From an uncultured Clostridia bacterium (GTDB taxonomy: Bacteria > Bacillota > Clostridia > TANB77 > CAG-508), in assembly GCA_944389655.1 (NCBI GenBank), contig CALXND010000001.1, positions 954 through 64,953 on the forward strand: 64,000 bases of DNA, in the 5' to 3' direction. A program made the translations under genes and the position numbers. The stretch's first letter is position 1. Each line of letters opens with the position of its first letter. The notes under the pieces are model-generated. The model was not told where the DNA came from. It worked only from the letters and a program-made list of their open reading frames with translations, and did no database searches. Below are positions 40,823 to 50,168 of this stretch, piece by piece.

Positions 40823-43054
40823 CTAATTTTCATCTTTGCTACTGTCTTGTTTTGTTTTCTTTTGAATAAATTTTTCAAATTCTTCTTTTTTTATTGGTTT
40901 TGAGTAATAATACCCTTGTATTATATCACATTCTCTTTCTAGTAAATAATCTCGTTGTTCTTTTGTTTCAACTCCTTCTGCGATTGTAGTTAATTTTAAT
41001 TCTTTTGCAATTGTTAATATATAGTCTACAATGTTTTTATCATTTTTTCCAATTTTATCTATAAAAGATTTATCTATTTTTAAAATGTCAGCAGGCATGT
41101 CTTGAATTGTGCTTAGTGAAGAATAGCCTGTTCCAAAATCGTCTATTGAAATTTTAAACCCTAATTTTTTCATCTTATTCATTATTCCAATTATATCGAT
41201 TCCATCTTCTATAGTAGCACTTTCGGTAATCTCTAAATCTATATTATTTGGATTAATATTATATTTAGCTGCAATCATTCTATATTTTTCCAAAAAATGT
41301 TCATCTAAAAAGTGTTCTCTGGATACATTTACAGATATAGTTATTTCATCTCCATATTTTTCTTTCCATATTTTCATATCACTGCATACCTGCTCAAAAA
41401 TATACACATCTAATTTTAATATAAACTTATTCTTCTCGAATATTGGAATAAATTCATTTGGAGGAATCATTTTTCCATTATGCTTCCATCTTACTAATGC
41501 CTCGGCACCATATAAGGTCTCATCATTAGTATAAATTTGGGGCTGGTAGTATACTATAAACTCCTTTTTCATTAAAGCTTGATACATTTCATTTTCTATT
41601 TCGCTTTCTTTTTCTAATTTCTGCTCCATTTTTTTGTCATATATATGAAATTTATCATACACATCGCCTTTTGATGCCGAATGTGCAATAATTGCCTTAT
41701 CCATTATTTCTGAAATATTAGCATCGCTTTCTGTTAGTTGGTATACCCCCATATTTACTGAAAGATTATATACATTGTTTTCAATTCTAAGATTTTCGAT
41801 ATTTTTAACTATCTTTTTTAAAATTTCTCTTATTTTCTCATCATACTCAAATAAGCTGGCAAAATAATCATTTGAATATCTGCATATTAGGCTGTTTTCT
41901 CCTAATATTTCTTGAAGCTTTTCTGCTATTCCTTTTAGAATGTCGTCTCCCACTTTATATCCATATGCTTTATTTATCATTTTAAATTTGTTTATGTCTA
42001 GTACCAAAATGTATTGATTGCTCTTCACACCCTTTTCTAGAATTTCCTGACCTGTTTTTCTAAAGTAATAAATATTGCCTTTGCCTGTTACTGGGTCTAT
42101 ATACGCATATTCAAAGAGTTTTTTCTGCTTTTTGTTATTTTCAATTACTATATAAATGCAAATTGCTAAAATGATAAATATTACAATTACAGCTGCAATA
42201 AAAGTTGTAAGAAGCGCTTTGTTTGCTTCCCCTGCTATGGCTTTAGCAGGAATAAATGTAACTATTGTCCAATCGTTTGCTCCAATTGGTTCATACACCA
42301 TATAATAATTTCCATTTGTAGTTTGAAGTGTTCTTGTCCCTGATACACCGTTTTTTATATTCTCTTCTACAACATTTTTATTTGTTATAAATCTTTCCTT
42401 TGAGCCACCAGCAAGCATTCGCTCTATATTATTTATTAAATTTCCAGTACCTTTATTGGTATTTGCTGATACAACTATATTTCCGGCTGTATCTACAATA
42501 TAACTAAATCCTTTCCCCTCAAATATCTTATTTGAAAATATATTTTTGTATGAATCTGTCTTAACAATTAAAAGAATTGCTATTTTTTGTTTTTTTAGTT
42601 CTATAGCTTGTGAATATATATTAATTTCTTGTCCATCTATTTTACTTATTTTATTCTCTGAAATATGAATTTCATTATTTGAAAAAAAGTTGTCCTTTTC
42701 ATCTAAGTAATTTACTTCGTGCCCATCATTTGTTATTGTTCGTCCATCCTCATACATTATTGCCATTCTTATAAAATGGCTTGTGATATCGCTTCTTTCG
42801 TACATATCAAATATTTTTTCAGGATTTACAATATTGTCCATTATAATTTCATTTGTAACAGATTGTAAAATTGCTTTCTGCTCTGTTATCTCTGTCTTTA
42901 AATTACTTGCATCGTTTTTGACAATAGTTTCTATACTATTGTTACTATTTGCTTCTATTTTCTCTAGCATGTATGTCATATACGCTATACCTATAGCTAC
43001 TAAAATAAGAAATATAATAATTATTAAAATAATTTGTTTCTTGTTATCCTTCAT
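40823..43054 (-). CDS. Signalling protein with N-terminal TM, Cache-like periplasmic sensor, degenerate GGDEF domain (RYSNDYF in place of GGDEF) and EAL phosphodiesterase domain, 743 aa
   Basis: EAL motifs (YGAEALVRW, DDFGTGYSSL, KIDKSFI) are present. The GGDEF signature is replaced by SNDYF, so the protein is predicted to be a c-di-GMP phosphodiesterase. Confidence 0.85.
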   Translation of the reverse strand: MKDNKKQIILIIIIFLILVAIGIAYMTYMLEKIEANSNNSIETIVKNDASNLKTEITEQKAILQSVTNEIIMDNIVNPEKIFDMYERSDITSHFIRMAIMYEDGRTITNDGHEVNYLDEKDNFFSNNEIHISENKISKIDGQEINIYSQAIELKKQKIAILLIVKTDSYKNIFSNKIFEGKGFSYIVDTAGNIVVSANTNKGTGNLINNIERMLAGGSKERFITNKNVVEENIKNGVSGTRTLQTTNGNYYMVYEPIGANDWTIVTFIPAKAIAGEANKALLTTFIAAVIVIFIILAICIYIVIENNKKQKKLFEYAYIDPVTGKGNIYYFRKTGQEILEKGVKSNQYILVLDINKFKMINKAYGYKVGDDILKGIAEKLQEILGENSLICRYSNDYFASLFEYDEKIREILKKIVKNIENLRIENNVYNLSVNMGVYQLTESDANISEIMDKAIIAHSASKGDVYDKFHIYDKKMEQKLEKESEIENEMYQALMKKEFIVYYQPQIYTNDETLYGAEALVRWKHNGKMIPPNEFIPIFEKNKFILKLDVYIFEQVCSDMKIWKEKYGDEITISVNVSREHFLDEHFLEKYRMIAAKYNINPNNIDLEITESATIEDGIDIIGIMNKMKKLGFKISIDDFGTGYSSLSTIQDMPADILKIDKSFIDKIGKNDKNIVDYILTIAKELKLTTIAEGVETKEQRDYLLERECDIIQGYYYSKPIKKEEFEKFIQKKTKQDSSKDEN

Positions 43055-43066
43055 AATCTCTCCATG

Positions 43067-43097
43067 ATGCGCAATTGGGGACGGGTTTATTTTGCGC
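43067..43097. repeat. Palindrome-family variant (tgcgcaattggggacgggtttattttgcgca)
   Basis: Related to the 33285..33317 arm, upstream of the GGDEF-EAL gene. Confidence 0.8.
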
Positions 43098-43217
43098 AGT
43101 TTTATTCAAATATTTTTAATTAATTCGTAATATTTTTAATAATGTAATTTTTAATTTAAAGAGAAGTTAGTTTAGCTTATAATTTTATATTGAATCAGGT
43201 AATGCAGTAATATCTAA

Positions 43218-44087
43218 CTAAACGCGAGTTTTTGCGCAAAAGGGGGCTGACCCCATTTGCGCAAATTTTTCCATGTCTCTTCTTCCTTCTTCATATAACT
43301 TTCTTAGTTTCTCTTTATCTTTTTCAAGCCTTGATACAGTTACAGGTACTTCTGGTGCCACAACAAATATTCTACCTTGTTTTTCTAGCTCATTTATGTG
43401 TTCTTTTAGTGCGTTATATCTTTCTGGCATGGTACATAATTTTTCTACTAGTTTTGGGTATTTATGGTAGACTCTTTTATATACTCTTTTCATTGTATTT
43501 GATATTTCTGGCTTTCTATAGTTTCTATCTCGTGTAAGTACTACTAAAATGTTCTTATGACCTTGCTTTATTGCCCAATCTACTGGTATTGGCATTGTTA
43601 TTGCTCCATCTAGATAGTGGTTGTTCCCTATTTTTACCATTTTTGAGCAAAGTGGCATGCTTGATGATGCTTGCACTACTTTGAATATATCTCCTCTACA
43701 TTCATTTTTTTCTACGTATTCTGTAGTTCCTTTTTCACAATTTGTTATTACTGAAATGAATTTTTGCTTTGATTCTTTAAATGTATCATAGTTAAACGGA
43801 TTATCTTCTTTTGAGATTTTATTAAATAGATAATCATAGCCTATTAATCCGCCTTCTTTTCTAAGGGCTTTTAGCCCTATATATCTAGGATTGTCACAGT
43901 ATTCTATGTTTATATCTTTACTTCTGCTTTGTTGTTTTGATATGTAATTCATCCCTGTGAGCGCTCCTGCTGATACTCCTAGTACATAATTGGCCTCTAT
44001 TTTATATTTCATTAATACGTCTAATACTCCTGAGGTGTATACGCTTCTTAATGCTCCACCTTCTAATATTAATGTTAGTTCTTGCAT
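43218..44087 (-). CDS. Patatin-like phospholipase, 289 aa (C-terminal ~15 codons encoded by a palindromic repeat)
   Basis: Oxyanion hole GGALRS and nucleophile elbow GVSAGA (G-x-S-x-G). The stop codon lies inside the palindrome at 43231..43265. Confidence 0.8.
   Translation of the reverse strand: MQELTLILEGGALRSVYTSGVLDVLMKYKIEANYVLGVSAGALTGMNYISKQQSRSKDINIEYCDNPRYIGLKALRKEGGLIGYDYLFNKISKEDNPFNYDTFKESKQKFISVITNCEKGTTEYVEKNECRGDIFKVVQASSSMPLCSKMVKIGNNHYLDGAITMPIPVDWAIKQGHKNILVVLTRDRNYRKPEISNTMKRVYKRVYHKYPKLVEKLCTMPERYNALKEHINELEKQGRIFVVAPEVPVTVSRLEKDKEKLRKLYEEGRRDMEKFAQMGSAPFCAKTRV
43231..43265. repeat. GC-rich palindrome copy (tttgcgcaaaagggggctgaccccatttgcgcaaa)
   Basis: Near-perfect palindrome read from the sequence. 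Confidence 0.9.
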
Positions 44088-44436
44088 GAGTTTATCACCT
44101 TCTTAAGTTTTATTTATTAATTATTATAACATTTATTTTCATTTTTACTAGTATTTTTTTGCATTTTTTATTTAGTATTGTTACATGAGAATGGTGTTGC
44201 ATCTTATAAAGAGCGAAAGCATAGTAATTATAATATTTTTATTGCTATGCTTTCGCTTAAACGCTTATTATAAAGCCATTATCTTGTAACATAACTTGTA
44301 ACATAAAATTTAATGAATTTTATCAATTTTGTAGACAAAAGAGAAAGAATATTGTAGAATAATTAACATAGGAAATGAGAATAAGCAGATGTGGTTTTGC
44401 CACCAATTTTTACGATTCTTCGTAGGAGGGGTGGTG

Positions 44437-44556
44437 ATGTTTATGGTTAAAGTGATACTATTTTTAATATTATCGTTAATGTTATCTTTAACATCAAACG
44501 TTGCCTTGACAGCAGTTCTTTACAAGAGCTGGGTTGATAAGCCACTACATAAATAA
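44437..44556 (+). CDS. Small hydrophobic ORF, 39 aa (MFMVKVILFLILSLMLSLTSNVALTAVLYKSWVDKPLHK)
   Basis: AGGAGG lies 8 nt upstream of the ATG. A hairpin (ctcacatc...ggtgtgag) plus T-run follows immediately after the stop, and the ORF sits between ggttttgcc...ggcaaaacc inverted motifs. Not in the six-frame track because it is under 60 aa. Confidence 0.45.
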   Translation: MFMVKVILFLILSLMLSLTSNVALTAVLYKSWVDKPLHK

Positions 44557-44759
44557 AAAAAGCTCACATCTGTAACTTTGGCGAGTTAGGTGTGAGTTTT
44601 TACAACTAATTTCGGCAAAACCACGTTTGTGGTTTCTCCATTTCCTATATTTATTATAATCTATTTATAAGTAAGAAGTCAAGAAATATGGTAAAGTTTT
44701 AAAAAATAATAATCTTCCCTACAAATTACAATAAATAGATTAAGAAGATAGGAGTAAAA

Positions 44760-44942
44760 ATGGCAGTTATTTCAATTTTAGGAATAATTTTAATATTAGT
44801 TATACCATATATAACGGCAGGCATAATAATATGTGTAATAAGATCCAAATCGATAAAGAGTAAAGGACTTAAAATTCTAATTATTCTAATTATTTTGCTC
44901 TGTGCATGTGCAATATTATGCAAAGTAGCAAAAATTTCATAA
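44760..44942 (+). CDS. Small membrane protein, 60 aa (two hydrophobic helices, K-rich loop)
   Basis: AGGAG lies 7 nt upstream of the ATG. It overlaps an antisense 65-aa track ORF that is taken to be spurious. Confidence 0.4.
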   Translation: MAVISILGIILILVIPYITAGIIICVIRSKSIKSKGLKILIILIILLCACAILCKVAKIS

Positions 44943-44951
44943 TAGGTAATA

Positions 44952-45503
44952 TTACAAAGTCCTAGCTACCTTGCATGGATTTCCATAAGCAATAGAATTA
45001 GCTGGTATGCTTTTGGTTACTACACTGCCTGCCCCTATTGTGCAATTGTCACCTATTGCAACTCCTGGAAGGATTGTTACATTTCCACCAATCCATACAT
45101 TATTGCCAATTTTTACTGGGCTTGCATATTCTAATCCTTTATTTCTTTGGACTACATCTATAGGATGATGTGCTGTATAAATTCCGCAATTTGGAGCTAT
45201 AAATACATTGTTTCCTATTATTACTTTAGCAGCATCAAGAATAATAAGATTATGATTAGAATAAAAATTCTCCCCTATTTCTATATTATATCCATAGTCA
45301 CACATGAATGGCTGTTCTATTAAAAAATTTTTTCCTATTTTTCCTACTATTCCTCTTATTAAAGCTGCCCTTTCTTCCATCTTAGATGGTCGTATATTAT
45401 TATAATCAAAGCATAAATCTTGTGCCTTAATCATTTCTGCCCTTAACTCTTCATCATAATTTGGATTGTATATTTCCCCATTTTCTCTTTTTTGCTTTTC
45501 TGT
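44952..45503 (-). CDS. maa: Sugar O-acetyltransferase (maltose/galactoside acetyltransferase family, hexapeptide-repeat), 183 aa
   Basis: Left-handed beta-helix hexapeptide repeats (IGNNVFIAPNCGIY...IGNNVWIGGNVTILPGVAIGDNCTIGAGSVV). Start is set at MTEKQK with GGAGG 6 nt upstream. Confidence 0.85.
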   Translation of the reverse strand, partial: TEKQKRENGEIYNPNYDEELRAEMIKAQDLCFDYNNIRPSKMEERAALIRGIVGKIGKNFLIEQPFMCDYGYNIEIGENFYSNHNLIILDAAKVIIGNNVFIAPNCGIYTAHHPIDVVQRNKGLEYASPVKIGNNVWIGGNVTILPGVAIGDNCTIGAGSVVTKSIPANSIAYGNPCKVARTL

Positions 45504-45547
45504 CATATTAACCTCCATTTGTAAAAATTTATCCTCTAACAAATATT

Positions 45548-47266
45548 TTACTTTACAAACTCTATATCGTTTATTCTCATAAAGTGTTCTCCACCAATAA
45601 TGTTTTTTACATTATAACCATTTTGCTTTAATATCATACAGGCAATATAACTCCTTAGGCCTGTATAGCAGTGTACATATATTTCTCTTGTCTTATCAAC
45701 TTTTTCTAAGTTTTCTCTTAGCACATCTAATGGAATATGTACAGCTTCTTTTAAATGCCCTCTTCTATATTCTAAATCTGTTCTAACATCAAGAATATAT
45801 GGCTTATCTCCATTTTCTATTTTTTCTTTTATTTTTTCCACATAAATATTAGATACCAAACCATCGATTTCGTTTTCTATACTATTTCCTAAAATATTTA
45901 TAGGACTTTTAGCAGAAGAAAATGGTGGAGCATAGCATAATTCTAGTTCTGATAAATCGTGTGCAGTTAAATCCATTCTAATTGCTGTTGCTAAGATGTC
46001 TGTTATCTTATCTACTCCTTCTTTGCCCCATACCGCAGCTCCTAAAATTTTTCCAGTTTCTGGTTTATAAATAGCTTTAATTGTTATCTGTGTTGCCCCA
46101 GGGTAATACGTAGCATGAGAATATGGAGTTATAATCATTTTTTTATATGGTATTTTATTTGCAATGCAAGTAGCTTCATTAATTCCTGTCATAGCTAAAT
46201 TATTATTAAATATTTTTATTATGCTACTTCCAACCGTTCCTTCATAACTAGCTTCTTTTCCGCAAATATCATTGGCCACCACTCTTGCCTGTTTATTAGC
46301 CGGACCTGCTAATGGAATGTATGCCGGTAATTTTGTAACATAATTTGTAACTTGAATTGCATCACCTAAAGCATATATATCTTTGTCTGATGTCTTCATC
46401 TTGCTATTTACAATAATACTTTTTTTATTATTTAATTCAAGACCAGCTTCTTCTGCTAGTTTACTTTCTGGTCTAACTCCCATACATAAAATTACCAAGT
46501 CTGCTAATACTTCCTTTTGACTTTGATTCTCTTCTAATGTAATAGTTAAATTTTCATCTGTTTTTTCTATTTTATTTACACTTGTCTTTAGCATAATATT
46601 AATTCCATTTTTTATTAGTGTGTGATGTACAAAGCCTGACATATCCTTATCTAATGGTGGAATTAGATGATTTTCTCTTTCTATAATAGATATTGTTGGT
46701 TGGTAGTTTTTCGTATTATTTTCTCTGTTTAAAGATTTTTTTAATTCCTCTCCAAAGCTTTTTATATTTTCTGCTACTTCTACTCCAATATATCCTCCAC
46801 CTATAATGTATATATTTTCTGGTCTTATTTGCTTCAAATATTCTTTTATTTTTACAGAATCATCTACATTTCTTAGTGTAAAAATTTTGTTATCATCAAC
46901 TCCACTAAATGGGTTGATTGGCTCAGCTCCTGGAGACAATACTAATTTATCAAATGTTTCTTCATATTGCTTATTATTTCTTAAGTCTTTCACTAATACT
47001 TTTTTATTTTTTCTATCTATTTTTATTACTTCGGATTTTATTTTTACATCAATATTAAATCTTTCCTTAAAACTTTCTGGTGTTTGTAGTAATAAATCCT
47101 GTTTTTCTTTTATAACATCTCCTACGTAATATGGAAGGCCACAATTTGCAAATGAAACAAATGAGCCTCTTTCAAAGATTATAATTTCTGCGTTTTCATT
47201 AAGTCTTCTTAATCTTGTGGCAGTTGTTGCTCCGCCAGCTACTCCTCCAACAATAACAACTTTCAT
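45548..47266 (-). CDS. CoA-disulfide reductase / NADH oxidase family flavoprotein with C-terminal rhodanese domain, 572 aa
   Basis: FAD-binding GGVAGGATTA, redox Cys in SFANCGLPY, and a C-terminal rhodanese module with active-site CYTGLRS. Confidence 0.85.
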   Translation of the reverse strand: MKVVIVGGVAGGATTATRLRRLNENAEIIIFERGSFVSFANCGLPYYVGDVIKEKQDLLLQTPESFKERFNIDVKIKSEVIKIDRKNKKVLVKDLRNNKQYEETFDKLVLSPGAEPINPFSGVDDNKIFTLRNVDDSVKIKEYLKQIRPENIYIIGGGYIGVEVAENIKSFGEELKKSLNRENNTKNYQPTISIIERENHLIPPLDKDMSGFVHHTLIKNGINIMLKTSVNKIEKTDENLTITLEENQSQKEVLADLVILCMGVRPESKLAEEAGLELNNKKSIIVNSKMKTSDKDIYALGDAIQVTNYVTKLPAYIPLAGPANKQARVVANDICGKEASYEGTVGSSIIKIFNNNLAMTGINEATCIANKIPYKKMIITPYSHATYYPGATQITIKAIYKPETGKILGAAVWGKEGVDKITDILATAIRMDLTAHDLSELELCYAPPFSSAKSPINILGNSIENEIDGLVSNIYVEKIKEKIENGDKPYILDVRTDLEYRRGHLKEAVHIPLDVLRENLEKVDKTREIYVHCYTGLRSYIACMILKQNGYNVKNIIGGEHFMRINDIEFVK

Positions 47267-47351
47267 AATTTTTCTCCTTAATATTAAATTTTATAAAAAT
47301 TTAGCTACACGATTATTTTAATATATTTCTTTACTTTTTTCAATAATTCTT

Positions 47352-48185
47352 TTAATCTGTTTCTCCAGCAATTACTACAAATCTGCCATCATCTACATGA
47401 TATGCACAGGTAATAAGTGTAATTAGTTCATCTCCATACTTGGCTGTATTTTTTGTGTCATATAATGAAGCTTCTTTTGCTTGCTTAACAAAATTATTAT
47501 ATTCTTTCTCACTTTTTGAATTTATAAAGTCATAATATCTAAATGCATTTTTCTCTTTCTGATTATACACTTTTGATTTAAATGCAGATATTATTTCGTA
47601 CTCTTTATCTTCTTTTTCTGTAGTAAATCTAATGGCTTTATGTTTTTTATAAAAATCTTCTTTTGCATATTTAAGCAAATCTTTAAACATCTGTCCATTT
47701 ACCAAGTTATGACCATATATAATTAAATTATTGCTTTTAATATCCCAGTCATATGATTTATCTAAGAATATAGACCCCTTTTCTGTTTTTTGTTTTTTAT
47801 AATTATGGTCTAAATAATAATTATTATCTTTACCCTGCAAAACTGGATAATTTATATTCGTTCCTTCTATTTCAATCCAGCCAACAATATCTGAATTTAT
47901 TTCTTGTAATTTCCCTACTTTAAGCATTCTTTCCTTTTTCTCTTGCTCCTTTTCCTTCTTTGCTTCTTCTTCCTTCCTAATAATATTCTCCTTTTCTTGT
48001 TCTTCTTCTTGCGCTCTAATCTCATTTAGTTCTGCATCTGTAAGGATAATTTCATTTAGCAACCTACTTTCTTCTATGGCTTCTTGTCCTAACAAAAAAA
48101 TCCTTATAATATATGTAAAAGCCACTACAATTATTATTATAAGAATAAAACAAATAATTATTTTAACTTTACTTCTTTTTTTCAT
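47352..48185 (-). CDS. srtB: Class B sortase, 277 aa
   Basis: N-terminal membrane anchor, catalytic TLITCAYHV (TLXTC) motif and conserved His in the IIYGHNL region. Confidence 0.8.
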   Translation of the reverse strand: MKKRSKVKIIICFILIIIIVVAFTYIIRIFLLGQEAIEESRLLNEIILTDAELNEIRAQEEEQEKENIIRKEEEAKKEKEQEKKERMLKVGKLQEINSDIVGWIEIEGTNINYPVLQGKDNNYYLDHNYKKQKTEKGSIFLDKSYDWDIKSNNLIIYGHNLVNGQMFKDLLKYAKEDFYKKHKAIRFTTEKEDKEYEIISAFKSKVYNQKEKNAFRYYDFINSKSEKEYNNFVKQAKEASLYDTKNTAKYGDELITLITCAYHVDDGRFVVIAGETD

Positions 48186-48509
48186 TTCCGCTCCTATATT
48201 TATGTAGATTTAAGTCATACATTTCTTTTATGTGTCTATTCTTAATTTAGCAACATTCTTTAATAGAATCATTCTAGTATATGAAGAATCAAATTTTTAT
48301 TTACACGAACAATAGCGAGCTTTTTAAATTTTTTCTTTATTTTTAGTATTTTAAAGTCCGCATTATTGTTCGTGTGCCAAATTTTACATTGTAAAATTTG
48401 CGTGCATTTGGCATATCCGTTCTAGCAAACGTAAAATCTTCAGTTTTTCCGTTTGCTAGAACAAATTTTGGCAATTAATTTCTAAATAAGTTATTATCCT
48501 ATAAACGCA

Positions 48510-49643
48510 TTATCTTCTTTTCATATATACTAAACCTGCTGTTGCTCCAATTATTGCTATAACTGCTATTCCCAAATAATTATCTACTCCTGTTTTAGGC
48601 ACATCATCTTTTTCTGGTTCTTCTACTACTGGTTTTTCCTCTTCTGGTTCTTTTTGTGTCTCGTCTATTTTAGCAATTCTTGCATAAATTGTTGTATCAT
48701 TTGTTAATTTTGTGCTAAAATCAAATTTGTTTTTATATTCTTGTTCTGTATAAAAGCCTTCTATTTCATATCCTTCTTCTATGCTTACGCCTTCCTTCAA
48801 TTGTCCTTCGGTAACTGTGCTTCCCTCATCTACTATAATTTGTTTTTTTACTTCTCCACCTATCATTAATGTTACAATAACTTTTTTTGCTTCGTTTGTA
48901 TTAGGTGTTGCATTTTCTGGTATGGCACTTTCAGATATAACATTATTATCTTTATCTGTTAAAACAACCTTATCATCAGTAATTACTATTTTATTTGTTG
49001 TAGAATCTGTATTTGTTATAGTAAAGTCTGTAAGATTTCCATTATCTGCTGGTCTTACTACATTTTCATTTGAATCAGATGTTAATGTTCCATTCATAAC
49101 TAGTGTTGGGTTATTTGTAGCTGATGCTCCTTTGTCTATTTCTATACCATTATTAGCTCCAGTACCATTCGTACCTAAATGAAGGTCTATTATCTCTAAA
49201 TAACCTCCATTTACTAATACTCCACCATATTTAAATCCAGTTATTGAAACGTTATTTAATATTACAGTTGCACCGTCATAAGATTGTACACCATATTTAG
49301 GTCCATTATTTAGATTTATATCTTTTAATGTAAGATTTCCATCTGCTAATTGTGCTGTAAACATAGTTTGATTTCCAGATGTAGATGTCCAATCAGTAGA
49401 ACCAGCTATTGTATAGCCATTGCCGTCAATTGTTAGTTTCTTTTGAATTACAATTGGTTTTGTAACAGTAATATTATTTTGAATTTCTACTGTTCCACCA
49501 TCATCTACATTTTGTATTGCAGTTATTAAAGATTCTTCATCTGTCGCATTTTCTACACTTGCGGCATTACTTATGTTAGAAAAAATAACTAATGCTGATA
49601 TTATTGTAAATAAAATGAGCATTAATTTTGTCCAAGTTTTCAT
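48510..49643 (-). CDS. Cell-wall-anchored surface protein with right-handed beta-helix-like region and C-terminal sorting signal (PKTG plus hydrophobic segment plus KRR), 377 aa
   Basis: Signal peptide at the N-terminus. C-terminus is DVPKTGVDNYLGIAVIAIIGATAGLVYMKRR, the classic sortase substrate architecture. Lies adjacent to the sortase B gene. Confidence 0.75.
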   Translation of the reverse strand: MKTWTKLMLILFTIISALVIFSNISNAASVENATDEESLITAIQNVDDGGTVEIQNNITVTKPIVIQKKLTIDGNGYTIAGSTDWTSTSGNQTMFTAQLADGNLTLKDINLNNGPKYGVQSYDGATVILNNVSITGFKYGGVLVNGGYLEIIDLHLGTNGTGANNGIEIDKGASATNNPTLVMNGTLTSDSNENVVRPADNGNLTDFTITNTDSTTNKIVITDDKVVLTDKDNNVISESAIPENATPNTNEAKKVIVTLMIGGEVKKQIIVDEGSTVTEGQLKEGVSIEEGYEIEGFYTEQEYKNKFDFSTKLTNDTTIYARIAKIDETQKEPEEEKPVVEEPEKDDVPKTGVDNYLGIAVIAIIGATAGLVYMKRR

Positions 49644-50168
49644 ATTTAATCCCTTTCCTTTCTTAAGGTACTAACTTGGGTTTGAAAAAAAAATTAAACT
49701 TTGAGCATTCAAAATAAATTTAAAATTTATGAGGCGTACTTTGTGTACGTTGTTTAAATTTTAAATAAAGTTTGTGGGCGCCAAAATTATAATTATTTTT
49801 CAACCTTTACCTCATAAAATTTATTAATAGAAAAATATCTATTCTCATTTTTATTGTTGCTCATTTTTCTTTTTTTATTTACGAAACAAAAATTTTTCGT
49901 TTATTAATTTTTTCCAAATTTTTTTGTTTTCTTATTGTATAAAAAAGAGACTATTGAAACTTAAGCTAGATTTTAATTCCACTTTAAAGTTTAATAGCCT
50001 TTTTAAGTGTATAGGGAAAATCGACTTTTACTTTGATATTTGAATATTTCTAACGATTTTTCCGCATACAACAAGGTTAGGCTACCTTGGGCCGTCCGAG
50101 CAAAGCGAGGACATATATTTCGCCGTTGCTCCAGAGACTAGCCCTGCGAAATGCCTTTCTTACAATTT

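Noticed and set aside
43218-44087. Patatin as a CBASS or other defence-system effector
   Set aside because: No cyclase or nucleotidyltransferase, sensor or other defence partner gene is adjacent. Its neighbours are a GGDEF-EAL gene and small-ORF DNA.
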